Assembly (NCBI GenBank): GCA_050246755.1
Contig: JBFWVL010000001.1
Span: 768,001 to 832,000 of the forward strand
DNA: 64,000 bases
Reading direction: 5' to 3'
Origin: Bacteriovoracia bacterium
GTDB taxonomy: Bacteria; Bdellovibrionota; UBA1018; CAIPTA01
Position numbers and translations under genes: made by a program. Shown piece by piece: positions 51,617 to 62,400 of this stretch. The notes below the pieces were generated by a model. That model saw nothing but the letters and a program-made list of their open reading frames with translations. It was not told the origin of the DNA and ran no database searches. How positions within the stretch are numbered: the stretch's first letter is position 1; every line of letters begins with the position of its first letter.

Positions 51617-52228
51617 ATGGCGCAACAGCAGACCAGGCAACCCACCGACGCTCTCACCTTCGACACTCCTCCCAACCGACTAACGCTCCTACGAATGCTG
51701 GCCGTGCCCGCCGTAGTTTATTTCCTCTCCTGGCGCACCCCGAACGGCGATATCTACGCTTGCATCACGTTCGCCTTAGCGGCCATCACCGACTGGTTCG
51801 ACGGCTACCTCGCCCGCGCTTATCAATCTGTGACCATCTTCGGAAAATTGATGGACCCCTTGGCCGATAAGTTCTTGGTGGTTTCCACCCTCATCATGCT
51901 CCAGCAGCTCGGGCGCATTCATCCCTACTTGGTAATGGTGCTAATCTGCCGGGAAATGGGAATCACCTCTTTAAGGGCCTTAGCTAGTGCCGAGGGCGTG
52001 ATTATTCCGGCGGGCACCGGAGGCAAATGGAAGGCCGCGCTGCAAATGATCGCCATTCCCTTTTTGATCATTTACGTGCCCCTGTTCAATACGATTTCCA
52101 CGGATCTCGTTGGGACGGTGCTCATGTACGTGTCGGTGGCCCTATCTTTGACCAGCGCGTCAACCTACGTGATCGATTTCTTCCGCGGACTCAAAGAAAA
52201 GCTGAAGGCAAAGCAGCAGAAGTCTTGA
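51617..52228 (+). CDS. pgsA: CDP-diacylglycerol--glycerol-3-phosphate 3-phosphatidyltransferase
   Basis: PNRLTLLR, TDWFDGYLAR...GKLMDPLADK, GKWKA..QM. Confidence 0.95.
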   Translation: MAQQQTRQPTDALTFDTPPNRLTLLRMLAVPAVVYFLSWRTPNGDIYACITFALAAITDWFDGYLARAYQSVTIFGKLMDPLADKFLVVSTLIMLQQLGRIHPYLVMVLICREMGITSLRALASAEGVIIPAGTGGKWKAALQMIAIPFLIIYVPLFNTISTDLVGTVLMYVSVALSLTSASTYVIDFFRGLKEKLKAKQQKS

Positions 52229-52292
52229 CGAAATACCCCCCAAACCCGTAAAACGGTCACTCCTTCGTGGAGCCAAAGCGAGGGTTAGGAGT

Positions 52293-52369
52293 GCGGGATT
52301 AGCTCAGTTGGCTAGAGCGTCTCGTTGCCAACGAGAAGGTCGCCAGTTCGAATCTGGTATCCCGCTCCA
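52293..52369 (+). tRNA. tRNA-Gly(GCC)
   Basis: GCGGGAT acceptor pairs with ATCCCGC then TCCA; D arm AGCTCAGTTGGCTAGAGC; anticodon arm TCTCG-TTGCCAA-CGAGA; T loop GTTCGAATC. pgsA-tRNA-Gly linkage as in E. coli pgsA-glyW. Confidence 0.97.
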
Positions 52370-52377
52370 AACAAACG

Positions 52378-52450
52378 ATCCGGCGGACCCACAGGGTTCG
52401 GCGGATTTTTTGTTTTGGGGCTGTGCGCCCGCAGGGTGGGCGGATTTTTT
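52378..52450 (+). terminator. Two tandem hairpin plus T-tract terminators after tRNA-Gly
   Basis: ATCCGGCGGACCC-ACA-GGGTTCGGCGGAT-TTTTT and CGCCCGC-AGG-GTGGGCG-GATTTTTT. Confidence 0.6.
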
Positions 52451-52883
52451 ATGATAACGATCCCGAACTCATCGACTTCCCGAGCCCCCCACCAAGACGC
52501 CATCACTTTACGCAAAACCACGTTTGCCGCCCCGAGCAGTTTCAATGCGATGGAAAAAAATCGCTCGACCACAAATCGATATCTACAAGTTTCTTTTTCA
52601 ATGAATCTTTCAGAGAAATATTTAGATTCGGCGCCTTCACTCTAAATCCCCATTTCGGGCCGCTCTGTGCATTGATAGCTTTGTGCTCTCCAAAATTCGG
52701 AATAAATTGAATGTGGACAGCGCTAAAAGAGGCCTGCCAAAGAGGACCTACGTATACACAAGAAAAAATATAGAAAACATAAAGCAGGAAACCAATCCCA
52801 GAAGTAGCCAGCTTTTTCAGGTAAGCTCAGGGCCCCTATAGTTTGTTGAAGGGAGGCTTGTTCGGTACAATGCCACTATCCCA

Positions 52884-54950
52884 ATGTCGCCCTTGCAACC
52901 ATACCTCTCACAACCTAAATACCGCGCAGATATTGACGGGCTTAGGGCGATCGCCGTACTTTCTATCGTTATTTTCCACGCGTTCCCCTCCTTGGTAAAG
53001 GGGGGCTTCATCGGAGTGGACGTCTTTTTCGTCATCTCAGGCTTTCTCATTTCTACGATTATTTTTGAGAATCTGGACAGAGGCACGTTTAGCTTTGTTG
53101 AATTTTACGTGCGTCGGATCAAACGGATTTTTCCGGCCCTTCTCCTGGTCCTAGTCGCATGCTACGTATTTGGCTGGTTTGCCCTGCTGGCAGAAGAATA
53201 CAAACAGCTAGGTAAACACATCGCCGCTGGTGCTGGCTTTTTTTCTAACTTTGGTTTTTGGAGCGAGGCGGGATATTTTGACAATTTAGCAGAAATTAAG
53301 CCGCTACTACACTTATGGAGCCTTGGGATTGAAGAGCAGTTCTATATAGTTTGGCCAGTATTGCTTTGGCTGGCTTGGAAAATGAAGCTTCATCTCTTAA
53401 AAATTACGATCTGTGTAGCGGCCCTATCTCTCTACCTTAATCTAACTGGCATAAAAACGGACCCCGTAGCCACATTCTATTCCCCCCAAACTCGTTTCTG
53501 GGAAATACTTTTCGGCTGCCTATTGGCCTGGGCCATGCTCTATAAAAGGGGGGCGCTTGATGCCGTTCACTCCAGGCTTACTCATCGGCTCACCCCTGAT
53601 GCGCCTCGAGAAAAGCCAGGTGCTGATAGTAAAACGCTAACTAATACTTTCTCACTCCTTGGGCTTTTGCTCTTGTGTTACGGATTTGGGAGAATCAATA
53701 ATGAGCTCGGCTTTCCTGGCATCTGGGCAGTCTTTCCCGTACTTGGCACTACGCTAATCATTCTTGCCGGCCCCAACGCGTGGCTTAATCATCATTTATT
53801 ATCAAATAGGATTTTAGTCTGGTTTGGTTTGATAAGTTTTCCGCTCTACCTGTGGCATTGGCCCATGCTCTCATTTGCTCGCATTATCGAAGGCGATGCT
53901 TTGAATGACAACGTCCGTATAGCCATGGTTGCCCTATCTGTTCTACTTGCTTGGCTTACGTATCTGGTTGTAGAGCGCCCGGTACGGCTGGCAAAGCGTA
54001 GCGGGCGCAAGGCTATTGCCCTCGCTGTGCTGATGGCTGTCGTCGGTGTTGTGGGTCACTACACAGAAAGAAAGAATGGGCTGAGCTTTAGAAATAGAAT
54101 TCTTGAAGATAATCTTAAGAAGTTTTCTTGGCCGGAATCCAAAAATAGAGACCCCGAGTGCATAAAAAAATTTGGCGGATTATTCACCGACTATTGCCTA
54201 ATTAGTAATCCAAAAAAAGATCCAGAAATTATTTTATTGGGCGATTCTAACGCGAACCATTTCTATGAAGGCTTGAAAGCGGTATTTGGTGACAAAAATT
54301 TTCTTATGATCGGGCAAGGCGGCTGCTTACCGTTTGTTGGCCTAACGGTAAAAATGAATCAAATCGAGTTGGAATGTGACCGCGAACTGAATCCCGCATT
54401 GGAGCTAATTAAATCAAATCGGTCTGTGAAGACCGTAATTATTTCTATGCAAGGACAGACCTACGTTAACGGTCAGATAACCTGCAATGGCGACACAGGC
54501 TTCTTAGAGGTGCACGAGGTTGGTAAGAATGAGCCCAGAGATAGACTTACTTTATTTGAAGAGGGCATGCGAAGGACCTTAAAACTATTACTAGATGAAA
54601 GAAAAAAAGTGGTCTTCATCCTGAGTATTCCCCGGCTTAGCTATTCACTCTCCGAATGCATGGGCATTCGCCCTCTTTTGTTTTCGGCAAAGCCAAGCAT
54701 GAGCCAATGCGCAATGCCTAAAGAGGAATATTTAAGCGATAGCAATGCGTATATAGGAATCGTAACCAAAGTTTTGAAGGACTTTCCTACCGTCAAAGTT
54801 TTTGATCCTAGCGCTGTATTGTGTGATGAGAAAAATTGCTATGCAGAGAAAGATGGCCAAGTGCTGTATCGAGATGACCGTCATCTATCCAGCTTTGGCT
54901 CTCTGTATATGGGAAGAGCCATTAAGCAGACAAGACTGGTCTCTGATTAA
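52884..54950 (+). CDS. Acyltransferase family 3 with C-terminal SGNH domain (OafA-like)
   Basis: YRADIDGLRAIAV, GGFIGVDVFFVISGFLI, HLWSLGIEEQFY, LYLWHWP; SGNH GDSNA and DxxH (DDRHL). AT-rich. Confidence 0.93.
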   Translation: MSPLQPYLSQPKYRADIDGLRAIAVLSIVIFHAFPSLVKGGFIGVDVFFVISGFLISTIIFENLDRGTFSFVEFYVRRIKRIFPALLLVLVACYVFGWFALLAEEYKQLGKHIAAGAGFFSNFGFWSEAGYFDNLAEIKPLLHLWSLGIEEQFYIVWPVLLWLAWKMKLHLLKITICVAALSLYLNLTGIKTDPVATFYSPQTRFWEILFGCLLAWAMLYKRGALDAVHSRLTHRLTPDAPREKPGADSKTLTNTFSLLGLLLLCYGFGRINNELGFPGIWAVFPVLGTTLIILAGPNAWLNHHLLSNRILVWFGLISFPLYLWHWPMLSFARIIEGDALNDNVRIAMVALSVLLAWLTYLVVERPVRLAKRSGRKAIALAVLMAVVGVVGHYTERKNGLSFRNRILEDNLKKFSWPESKNRDPECIKKFGGLFTDYCLISNPKKDPEIILLGDSNANHFYEGLKAVFGDKNFLMIGQGGCLPFVGLTVKMNQIELECDRELNPALELIKSNRSVKTVIISMQGQTYVNGQITCNGDTGFLEVHEVGKNEPRDRLTLFEEGMRRTLKLLLDERKKVVFILSIPRLSYSLSECMGIRPLLFSAKPSMSQCAMPKEEYLSDSNAYIGIVTKVLKDFPTVKVFDPSAVLCDEKNCYAEKDGQVLYRDDRHLSSFGSLYMGRAIKQTRLVSD

Positions 54951-55057
54951 AACTAGATCGGCAACGATTTTTCAAGTGCATCTGAAAATTTCAAAAATGA
55001 CACAATTACGCACCAGAAAATGATCAAAATTTCGATCCATGGATTTGTGCGAATTAT

Positions 55058-55591
55058 TTATTTAATCAGGCACGGCGACGAGAAATCCAAAGATAGCGAA
55101 TTTGCTGCCGAATCAAGCTTGTAATCGATAGCAACCTGACAAGCGCCACTGGCAGGAAGATTGATCTTAACTTCTTTTTCAAGTTTTATTTTGGGCCTAT
55201 TCTTACCCATACCCTCTGGGTAATAGGCCCCTCTGGCAGTTACTGTGACAATTCTTATCTTCGGAGATTTTTGGCCAGCCTTTTGAAAGAAGAGCAATTC
55301 GTATTTACCAAACCTAGCATCTTCCAGATCAAATTTAGCGCTACTCAAAGAGGGCTCGCTTTCCCCCGTAATGCTCCCTAAATAGCTATTATCGTACCCG
55401 ATCTTGCCCGGAAGCTCTTTCCTCGTTAAAGGATCGATTCCACCCTTTACGCCACCCGGCAAAGTAAATTGGAAATCAGCAAATTGGCCATCCGCCCAAA
55501 TCGCGACTATGTTTTCCGACCCCTTGGCCCAGGAGCTATTTGCTCCGAGGAACAGCAGAGATACCAGCAGCAGGTTTTTGGCTAACTTCAT
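55058..55591 (-). CDS. Small secreted protein; last gene (D) of the four-gene operon
   Basis: SD GGAG, signal peptide MKLAKNLLLVSLLFLGANSSWA; overlaps the upstream gene end by 56 bp. Confidence 0.75.
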   Translation of the reverse strand: MKLAKNLLLVSLLFLGANSSWAKGSENIVAIWADGQFADFQFTLPGGVKGGIDPLTRKELPGKIGYDNSYLGSITGESEPSLSSAKFDLEDARFGKYELLFFQKAGQKSPKIRIVTVTARGAYYPEGMGKNRPKIKLEKEVKINLPASGACQVAIDYKLDSAANSLSLDFSSPCLIK

Positions 55592-58500
55592 TTGTTTCTC
55601 CGTTGATCCGTAGCACCACAGGGCCATCTAGGTCTATTCTGGCCTGATTGATCTGAAAATTCAAAGCCTCAACAAAACCCTCATTGCGCTCAATCTCTGC
55701 CTCAATTTGGGCCCGGCGGGCCTCCGTAAGCTCCTTAGAAAGAAGTTTCCGCAGCTTCTCATTCTCGCGACTATATTTGCTAATGCCACGCGAAAGCTCC
55801 GTCTTTATTTTGCGATCGACCATGTAGGAGTAAACCTCCCAATAACTAGGCCCCTGATTACTTACAGCCGCCTCAGCAGCAAAGAGCCGCTCGGTCTTGT
55901 TTCTGGTCGCAATCTGCCTACCATCGAGGTAAACGTCTACTCCGTATTCGTACTCGCCATTTAGGTCGTTCAAGAGCTCAACTGAGACAACCGAGCGAGC
56001 GCCAATATTTACCGTGGAATTTGTGGTGGCAATTTGAACGAGTTTATTCGTTTTTCGCTCACTCTTTGGCGCTACACCAGCAAATAAATCCCCCCCGACG
56101 AGAAAAGCCATTCCGAGGCTCCTCGTGTAAGGCACTGAGGGCGGAGTCTCAAAATTATGAATCTCAACGTGGATCAGCCCATTTTGATAAAGAACAATCC
56201 GAACAGGTTGATCTCCGTCCTCTTCATAAACGAAGTCGCTGCCACTATGCACGAAAGTTCCAGCAGGAATATTACGTTTCCATGCGCTTCCATTCACAAA
56301 AACCGAGATGTCCTGGGTATCTGGGTAGTAGACGCCGCCACCGCCAGTCAACATTCCCTCAATCAGGATTGAATCCGAGCCAACTTCAAATCTACTAAAC
56401 TGCATCGTACCTTTTAGCACCTGCATATCCGAGTAGCTAAAAGTATAGGAAGAGGGCGCGCTAGGAGAGGAAGTAAATGGGATCTGCAGAAATTTATTCA
56501 GCACTCCGTTTGGCCCCATCATCGAAATTTCAATCACATCGCTAACGGTTTCGCTGCTCGTAATCTCTACGGTGAAGGCATCACCATTGTGGACGGGATG
56601 AACCCATACACTATTACTACCTTCCGAAATATCGTTCCCACCATCCGAGTCATCAAGACGCTCAGAAGTAAAGTTCGAGTTTGGAATATTCTCAAGAACT
56701 TGGCCGTTAGAATTGATCCCGGTCGTTCGGTTGCTCGAATCTTTGAGCCTAAAGGCCGTTGCTGCGCTCATACTCACGTAAACTGAGCTGCTATCACTAG
56801 CTATCTTTGCCTGCGGGGGCGCCGCATGAATGGTTCGGTAGTCCTTAAATTTATTTTCTGTGAACCAGAGATCATTTAACGTTTTGATTCCATTTTTCCC
56901 TGGATCGATGATCGCAAGAGTCTTTACAAAATTTCCATTTTTATCTTTCACCATGGCAATGCCGTTGGCCACGACGAAGTGCGAGGTGCCTTCTCGGCGC
57001 TTTTGTTTATCCCTCCGCCGGTTTTCGACAAATCCCTCTGGAAATCCTTCAATATGCAATATCACTGGCTCGCCAGAGAGAACTAATGTTTCTACTTCAG
57101 CAAACGAAGAACTATCCTTTTTATCATACACGAGCCCAAGTGACCTCATCGCATCTTTAATTTCGTCAGGCTGAGGATCATGCTTGGCATTAAAAAAATT
57201 CGGGATCGAAGAAAACCACGAATTAATACCACCAGGCGTGACCTCTTGAGATTTATCGGAAGTATCATCGAGCGGAATGGCGTCCACACCATTCGCCTTT
57301 ATGAGCATCGCAATCGACGACAAAAAGCAGCCTTTTTTCCCTATGGTGTTCGTGCTCGAATCATAGATATCTTTTTTCCAGGGAGTGTTTTTGTATTTGG
57401 CATCAACAGCCTGCGCGAGCCGATCGACTTTCACCACATGCGCTATCGCTCCAACTTTCACCGAGGCCGTCGCGGTAGACGAAGCGCCAGATGAATCTCT
57501 AACGGTGAGTTTTATCGGGTAGGTATCAGGATCGTCTCCCGTAGGCACATCAACCTCAGCGCCGGAATATGTCCGCGCAGCGCCTTTTTTTGGCTTTACC
57601 GTCCACTCGTAAGTCAGGCCTCCCTGCGGCGTCGAGCTCGCGCCACTTAAATGGAATGAATCATGAATCAATGCATCGATAGGGGCAGTAATTTTTGCCG
57701 TAACGGCATTTGGATCGCCCTCTCGAGAAATCTGCACATTGACGGTGACCTGTCCCGATGCAGGAATGGAGTAATTATCTTGAACATTCACTACAAAACT
57801 ATCGGAAGTAGCAGTTGTATTTGCATCCGCTGTGTAAGTTACGATCCCAGAATGAAGTCCGACGCTCGCCGTGCCATGACTTGACCCGCCGTTGACAACA
57901 GCGTAGGTCATGGTCTGCCCAGCATCAGGGTCATGTGGGCTTATCGTGATTGTCGCCGGCACGCCGGGCCTTACCGTCACGGGATTCGGAGAAGCAGTGG
58001 GCTGCGGTGGATGATTCTGAAAGGCCCCAACTCGCACTAAAAGTTCTGCGGTGTCTGTGGAATTCCCGCAATTGGCCACGCTTAATTGAATTCGATAATT
58101 TCCCGCTTCCGTTGGCGTGAACGCATTCGTCTTCTTATAAGTTGGCCCATCTAGTGGCGCGGGGCTCGAGTCGTCTTCCCGAAATGCCAACCACACGAAG
58201 GCCATGTCGTTATTTTGGTCTTCCGTAGAAGCTCGCCCATCTAGAAAAATGATATCGCCAAGCGTTGCGTCGATTACGGTCTGCAGGGGCCGTTCTCTAT
58301 TTTTTAATTTTTTTGCCCCGGTAATATTCGCATTGATAACGGCATGCACGCTCCCGAAATTTTGCGTGCCCTCTTCCGCGCGATAAATGCCCCGGATTCC
58401 AGTATCGAGACCGGCATAAAACATCACCAAATTGTCTTGAACGATTTTGGGATGAAATTGGATGAAATCAACTGCGGCCCCAGCGATACAGGCGCTCGGA

Positions 58501-59435
58501 GCCACGATTTCGCGAATATCCCCGTCTGTGTAATTCATCGTTTTTAACGTAACGCCGGCGTTTAATTTATATAAAATGCGCCCGCCCTTGGCATCGAAGG
58601 TTTGGCTATTGGGATCGAGGAAGGAGGAGGCCTCGCCAATTATCCCGAGTGCCCCCGTTTCCGGGTCAAGCTGGTAGCGCCCTTCCCGCACAAAGAACTG
58701 ATTTGAATAAATCGCCCCCTCAAAAATAATTTTCCCATTTTCGTCCAGCGCATACGTTCCAGTGCGCGGGCGAGCCTGAAAAATTAGATCCGATTGGGGA
58801 TTCCCACCTTTAAAAAATCCCTGCTCCACCCAAGGAGTATTGGGATTAGACGGCGGATTTAGCCCAGCCAAGAAAACTACGTGGCCGCTTGGAGTAACTA
58901 GGGGCGGGCCAAGCGATTGGAAAGTGCCGGGAGCGCCGCCTTGAGTGGCGGTCGCGAGAAGCTGCCCGTCAAAAAAGATGCGTCCATCCAGCGTTTGAAA
59001 GGCAAGCTGCCCGCCTTCGTTAAGGCTCATGCTAAGAATCGGCGCCGAGAAAGTCCACGGCATCACCTCTTGGAAAGTGCCGGTAGGATTAGCCGCGTTG
59101 ACTCTTGTAATCCCAACCGAGCTATCGGTAAAAGCGGTGTACATCGCGATCCAGCCGGAATGGTCAAAGGCAGCACTAAAGATCACCGAAACTTTTTTTC
59201 CCGTGTTTACGGTTTGCGAAACGCCGGCGGTGATAACTTTTGTGACAACGCCTTGCTCAGTTTTTCGGTAAACCGCCGCTCCATCGCGAAAGAGATAGGA
59301 GCCGTCGGCGAGTTGAGTAACCTCCTCGCCGAGAACACCGTATTCTTCCGTGGTAGCAATGGCACGCAGGCGAACTGCGTGCGCATTGCTGACCAGCAAA
59401 AACAGACCGAAAAGAACCAGGGCAAGGCGTTTCAT
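55536..59435 (-). CDS. Large secreted protein (C): NxxGxxAF propeller-like repeats, PKD/Ig domains, C39-like cysteine peptidase, C-terminal shared hairpin module
   Basis: Signal peptide; SLNEGGQLAF repeat; LDGRAS and LSGASS...YEW PKD-like; HGTASV Ig; TIGKKGCFLSSIAM (Cys703), HFVV (His819), IIDPG (Asp844). Confidence 0.85.
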   Translation of the reverse strand: MKRLALVLFGLFLLVSNAHAVRLRAIATTEEYGVLGEEVTQLADGSYLFRDGAAVYRKTEQGVVTKVITAGVSQTVNTGKKVSVIFSAAFDHSGWIAMYTAFTDSSVGITRVNAANPTGTFQEVMPWTFSAPILSMSLNEGGQLAFQTLDGRIFFDGQLLATATQGGAPGTFQSLGPPLVTPSGHVVFLAGLNPPSNPNTPWVEQGFFKGGNPQSDLIFQARPRTGTYALDENGKIIFEGAIYSNQFFVREGRYQLDPETGALGIIGEASSFLDPNSQTFDAKGGRILYKLNAGVTLKTMNYTDGDIREIVAPSACIAGAAVDFIQFHPKIVQDNLVMFYAGLDTGIRGIYRAEEGTQNFGSVHAVINANITGAKKLKNRERPLQTVIDATLGDIIFLDGRASTEDQNNDMAFVWLAFREDDSSPAPLDGPTYKKTNAFTPTEAGNYRIQLSVANCGNSTDTAELLVRVGAFQNHPPQPTASPNPVTVRPGVPATITISPHDPDAGQTMTYAVVNGGSSHGTASVGLHSGIVTYTADANTTATSDSFVVNVQDNYSIPASGQVTVNVQISREGDPNAVTAKITAPIDALIHDSFHLSGASSTPQGGLTYEWTVKPKKGAARTYSGAEVDVPTGDDPDTYPIKLTVRDSSGASSTATASVKVGAIAHVVKVDRLAQAVDAKYKNTPWKKDIYDSSTNTIGKKGCFLSSIAMLIKANGVDAIPLDDTSDKSQEVTPGGINSWFSSIPNFFNAKHDPQPDEIKDAMRSLGLVYDKKDSSSFAEVETLVLSGEPVILHIEGFPEGFVENRRRDKQKRREGTSHFVVANGIAMVKDKNGNFVKTLAIIDPGKNGIKTLNDLWFTENKFKDYRTIHAAPPQAKIASDSSSVYVSMSAATAFRLKDSSNRTTGINSNGQVLENIPNSNFTSERLDDSDGGNDISEGSNSVWVHPVHNGDAFTVEITSSETVSDVIEISMMGPNGVLNKFLQIPFTSSPSAPSSYTFSYSDMQVLKGTMQFSRFEVGSDSILIEGMLTGGGGVYYPDTQDISVFVNGSAWKRNIPAGTFVHSGSDFVYEEDGDQPVRIVLYQNGLIHVEIHNFETPPSVPYTRSLGMAFLVGGDLFAGVAPKSERKTNKLVQIATTNSTVNIGARSVVSVELLNDLNGEYEYGVDVYLDGRQIATRNKTERLFAAEAAVSNQGPSYWEVYSYMVDRKIKTELSRGISKYSRENEKLRKLLSKELTEARRAQIEAEIERNEGFVEALNFQINQARIDLDGPVVLRINGETNEVSQKPAAGISAVPRSK

Positions 59436-59448
59436 TTTCGACTCCTAG

Positions 59449-62400
59449 TTATCTCGCACTGCAAGCCGGCGCGTAGCCTAAACCGCACGACTTCTCAAAC
59501 AATTTGCTGGCACCAAAGGCATCGCCGTCTTCTTGGTACATTTTCCCAAGGAAGTAGCAAGCCGGGGCGTTCTTCGTGGCGCATGCGCCAGATAGCTGCT
59601 TGCGCTTGGCTTTGCGCGCAGGATCTTCCGAATCCTCTTCACGCTTAACTTTTATTTTGAATTCTTCATTCACGGTTACGGGAACGTAAGCAACATGGAC
59701 GTTACCCTCATCGTCGTGCACTTCCAGGTTGGGAAAGTATACTCCCGGATTGGCGTACGTATGTGAAGCATACTCCGATTCATCCACGCATCCGTCGCTT
59801 GGACAAGCATCGTAGTCTTCGTAGCGCCATTTATAGCTGGTGATGGTTCCACCGGCCACGTCGTAGGAGGCTAGCGCATCTGCATTAAAGGCAAAGGGCA
59901 CAACGCCGCTTACTTCTTGAACGGACGAGACGGCTCTCGGAGAATGACCAGTCGCCACCACGTAGATTTCCCATCCTAAGTATCCCTCTTCTCCGGCACT
60001 CGAAGTAACTAGAAGCGTCGGAAAGTGGTTGAAAGGATATGAATACGTATGCGTTCCAGTCACGCCGCTAAAATTGCAAGGACCGCCTGGATTCGTTAGG
60101 CAATCAAAAAAACCATCGTTGGTCTGCCATTCGTAGGAATCTATAGTTCCTCCCGGATTGGGATTAAAAGAGCCGTAAGCATCAAAGGTCATGGGGGTGC
60201 CTACTAAAATTTCTCGGCCAGGAAGCAGCGCCGCGCTGAAGGTACTTGCCGTACCGGCCGCGGGGGCATTTACGCCGACGTAAATTCTAACGGAAGCCTC
60301 TCCTTCACCACCGTTTGGATCCCGGACACGAAGTCGAACATTGAATTGCCCGGGAGTATTGAACGTATGCGAGCGAATAGGTGAGCTCGTTACTTCCTCC
60401 GCGTTTTCAAACAACCAACGATACTCGGGAGTACCGCCAAGCGAAGTGGTCTCGCTCGCGTCGAAGACAACGGTAAGCGGAAAAGTACCGGTGATCTTGT
60501 TCGGAGAAATTTTCGCTACCGGCACAGCTTTGTCCGTGACTACAACGGTGGTGGTGGTGGAAGTCGTTGCGCCCTTATTGTCTTTGGCCGTGATCGTGGC
60601 CGTATAGCTTCCGGGCAATTGATAATCATGCAGTGCACTGACAAACCAAGCGGTGCCTGGAGTGAAAACACTGCTTGGGAACGTTTCAACAGGTCTTCCA
60701 TCTCCAAAGTCGATGGTCCACTGAACGATCGATCCATCCGAGTCGGTAGCCGGGACGTTGGCAATCCGCATCGTCGTTGGCGAACCTTGGCTGCGAACAA
60801 ACGAGAAACTGGGACCAAGTACAGGCGGGCGATTGGGAATCGTGATTGCAATCGTCACTTCCCCACTCTTTGCGGGCGATCCATTGTCCGTGACACGAAC
60901 TTTTAACGAATCGCTGCCTTCGTAGGTAGTGGCCGCATTAAAAGTAACCAGGCCGGAAGAATTCACCGAGGCCGTTCCATGCAAGGGATTAACCACGATG
61001 GCATAGGTATGAGTTTGCCCCACATCGAGGTCGTTTGCAGCGACCTGAGAAGTTCCAGTATTGCTCGAAACCGTGATGCTTGGTGCCGAGGGAACAGGTG
61101 CCTGATTTTCCGCCGAAACGGTAACTGGAATTATTACGTCGCCGGAAAGACTTGGCGCTCCGCTGTCCGTTACGCGAACGGTAATAGAATCCGATCCGGA
61201 GTATCCGGCGGTTGCATTGTAGTAAACGACGCCCATTAAAGAGACGGAAGCCGTTCCATGGGTAGGAGCAGAAACAACGCTGAAGGTCCAGCTCTGGTTT
61301 CCATCGGCGTCGTTCGGCGCAACCGTAGTGGTACCCTGAATATTCGAAACGGTGGTGACGGGTGGTGCCGAAGGGGCGGGCGCATGGTTAGTAGGACCCA
61401 CTACTTCGATCGTGGTCAGCGAAGGCTCACTCACCAAGTGATCGCTAGTATTTATCTCCCTAACTTTAAGCTCAAAAATATAGTAGCCAGCGGCCGTAAG
61501 CGTTAGGTGCGGCTGAATCTCGGTGGAGATCACCTGGCCAACGGTTAATCCGGAACCCAGCGGAGCATCCACTACTTTCCATTCATAAGAAAGAGTCGTG
61601 CCCGGATTGGGATCATAGGAACCTGTGCCATCCATAGACATATCCGATCCAAGCAGGAACGAATGATGCGGGCCAGCCACCGCGACCGGTTGCACATTAT
61701 TTTCAAGAGAAGAGTTTGTTACAAAATATGCGTTTCTGAGGAAGCTATTGCGCACTTCCGTAGAGCCGCTAAGCGGAGGAAAACGGACTTCGAGATCTTT
61801 AATTCCGGTTAAAGACCCAAAACTAGGGGCAACCGCCGTAATCGTAGTAGCATTTACAAGGGAAGCACTGGCACTAAGCCCGCCAATCCTGACCGTCATT
61901 CCGGGGACAAAATTTTCACCGCTGATGACGATCTGATTACCGCCGCTAGCGGATCCCACCTGCGGGGAAATCGCAGTCAGCCTAGGATAAGCTGCATTGC
62001 TGGCCGCAGGCACTACATTGAAAGTAAACGTCTGGTTTGCAACCGGAGTCTTTAGCTCAGCAAGCTGGCGGATAAGCTCGTTCTTGATCGCGATTTTTTC
62101 ATCACGCTGGGAAGTAAAGGTCGCTTTCTTCACAGGATCAGTTTCAACATCTATTTTCTGCTGAAGCTCAAAAATTTCTTTGGAGAGCCTATCAACAGAG
62201 GTGCGAATCTGATTGGCAAGGTCTTTCCTTTCTATGGCAAGGCCAATGGTGAGATCGTGAGAGCGTTGTTCCGAAAAGCCACTAGAGTGATAAATCCATA
62301 AGTTTGGCGAGCTATGAATCAAGCCAACTGGCGCATTGTCGATTGTGGCGTTTAGCAAAATATTTGAGTCGGTATAGGAATTTAAGGGAGCAATGAAAAT

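Noticed and set aside
52312-52710. ORFs overlapping the tRNA and its terminators
   Set aside because: They overlap tRNA-Gly and the hairpins; no coding signature.
55536-55600. Frameshift at the overlap of genes C and D
   Set aside because: The C module is complete at RING, and D has its own SD and signal peptide; a short read-through tail explains the overlap.
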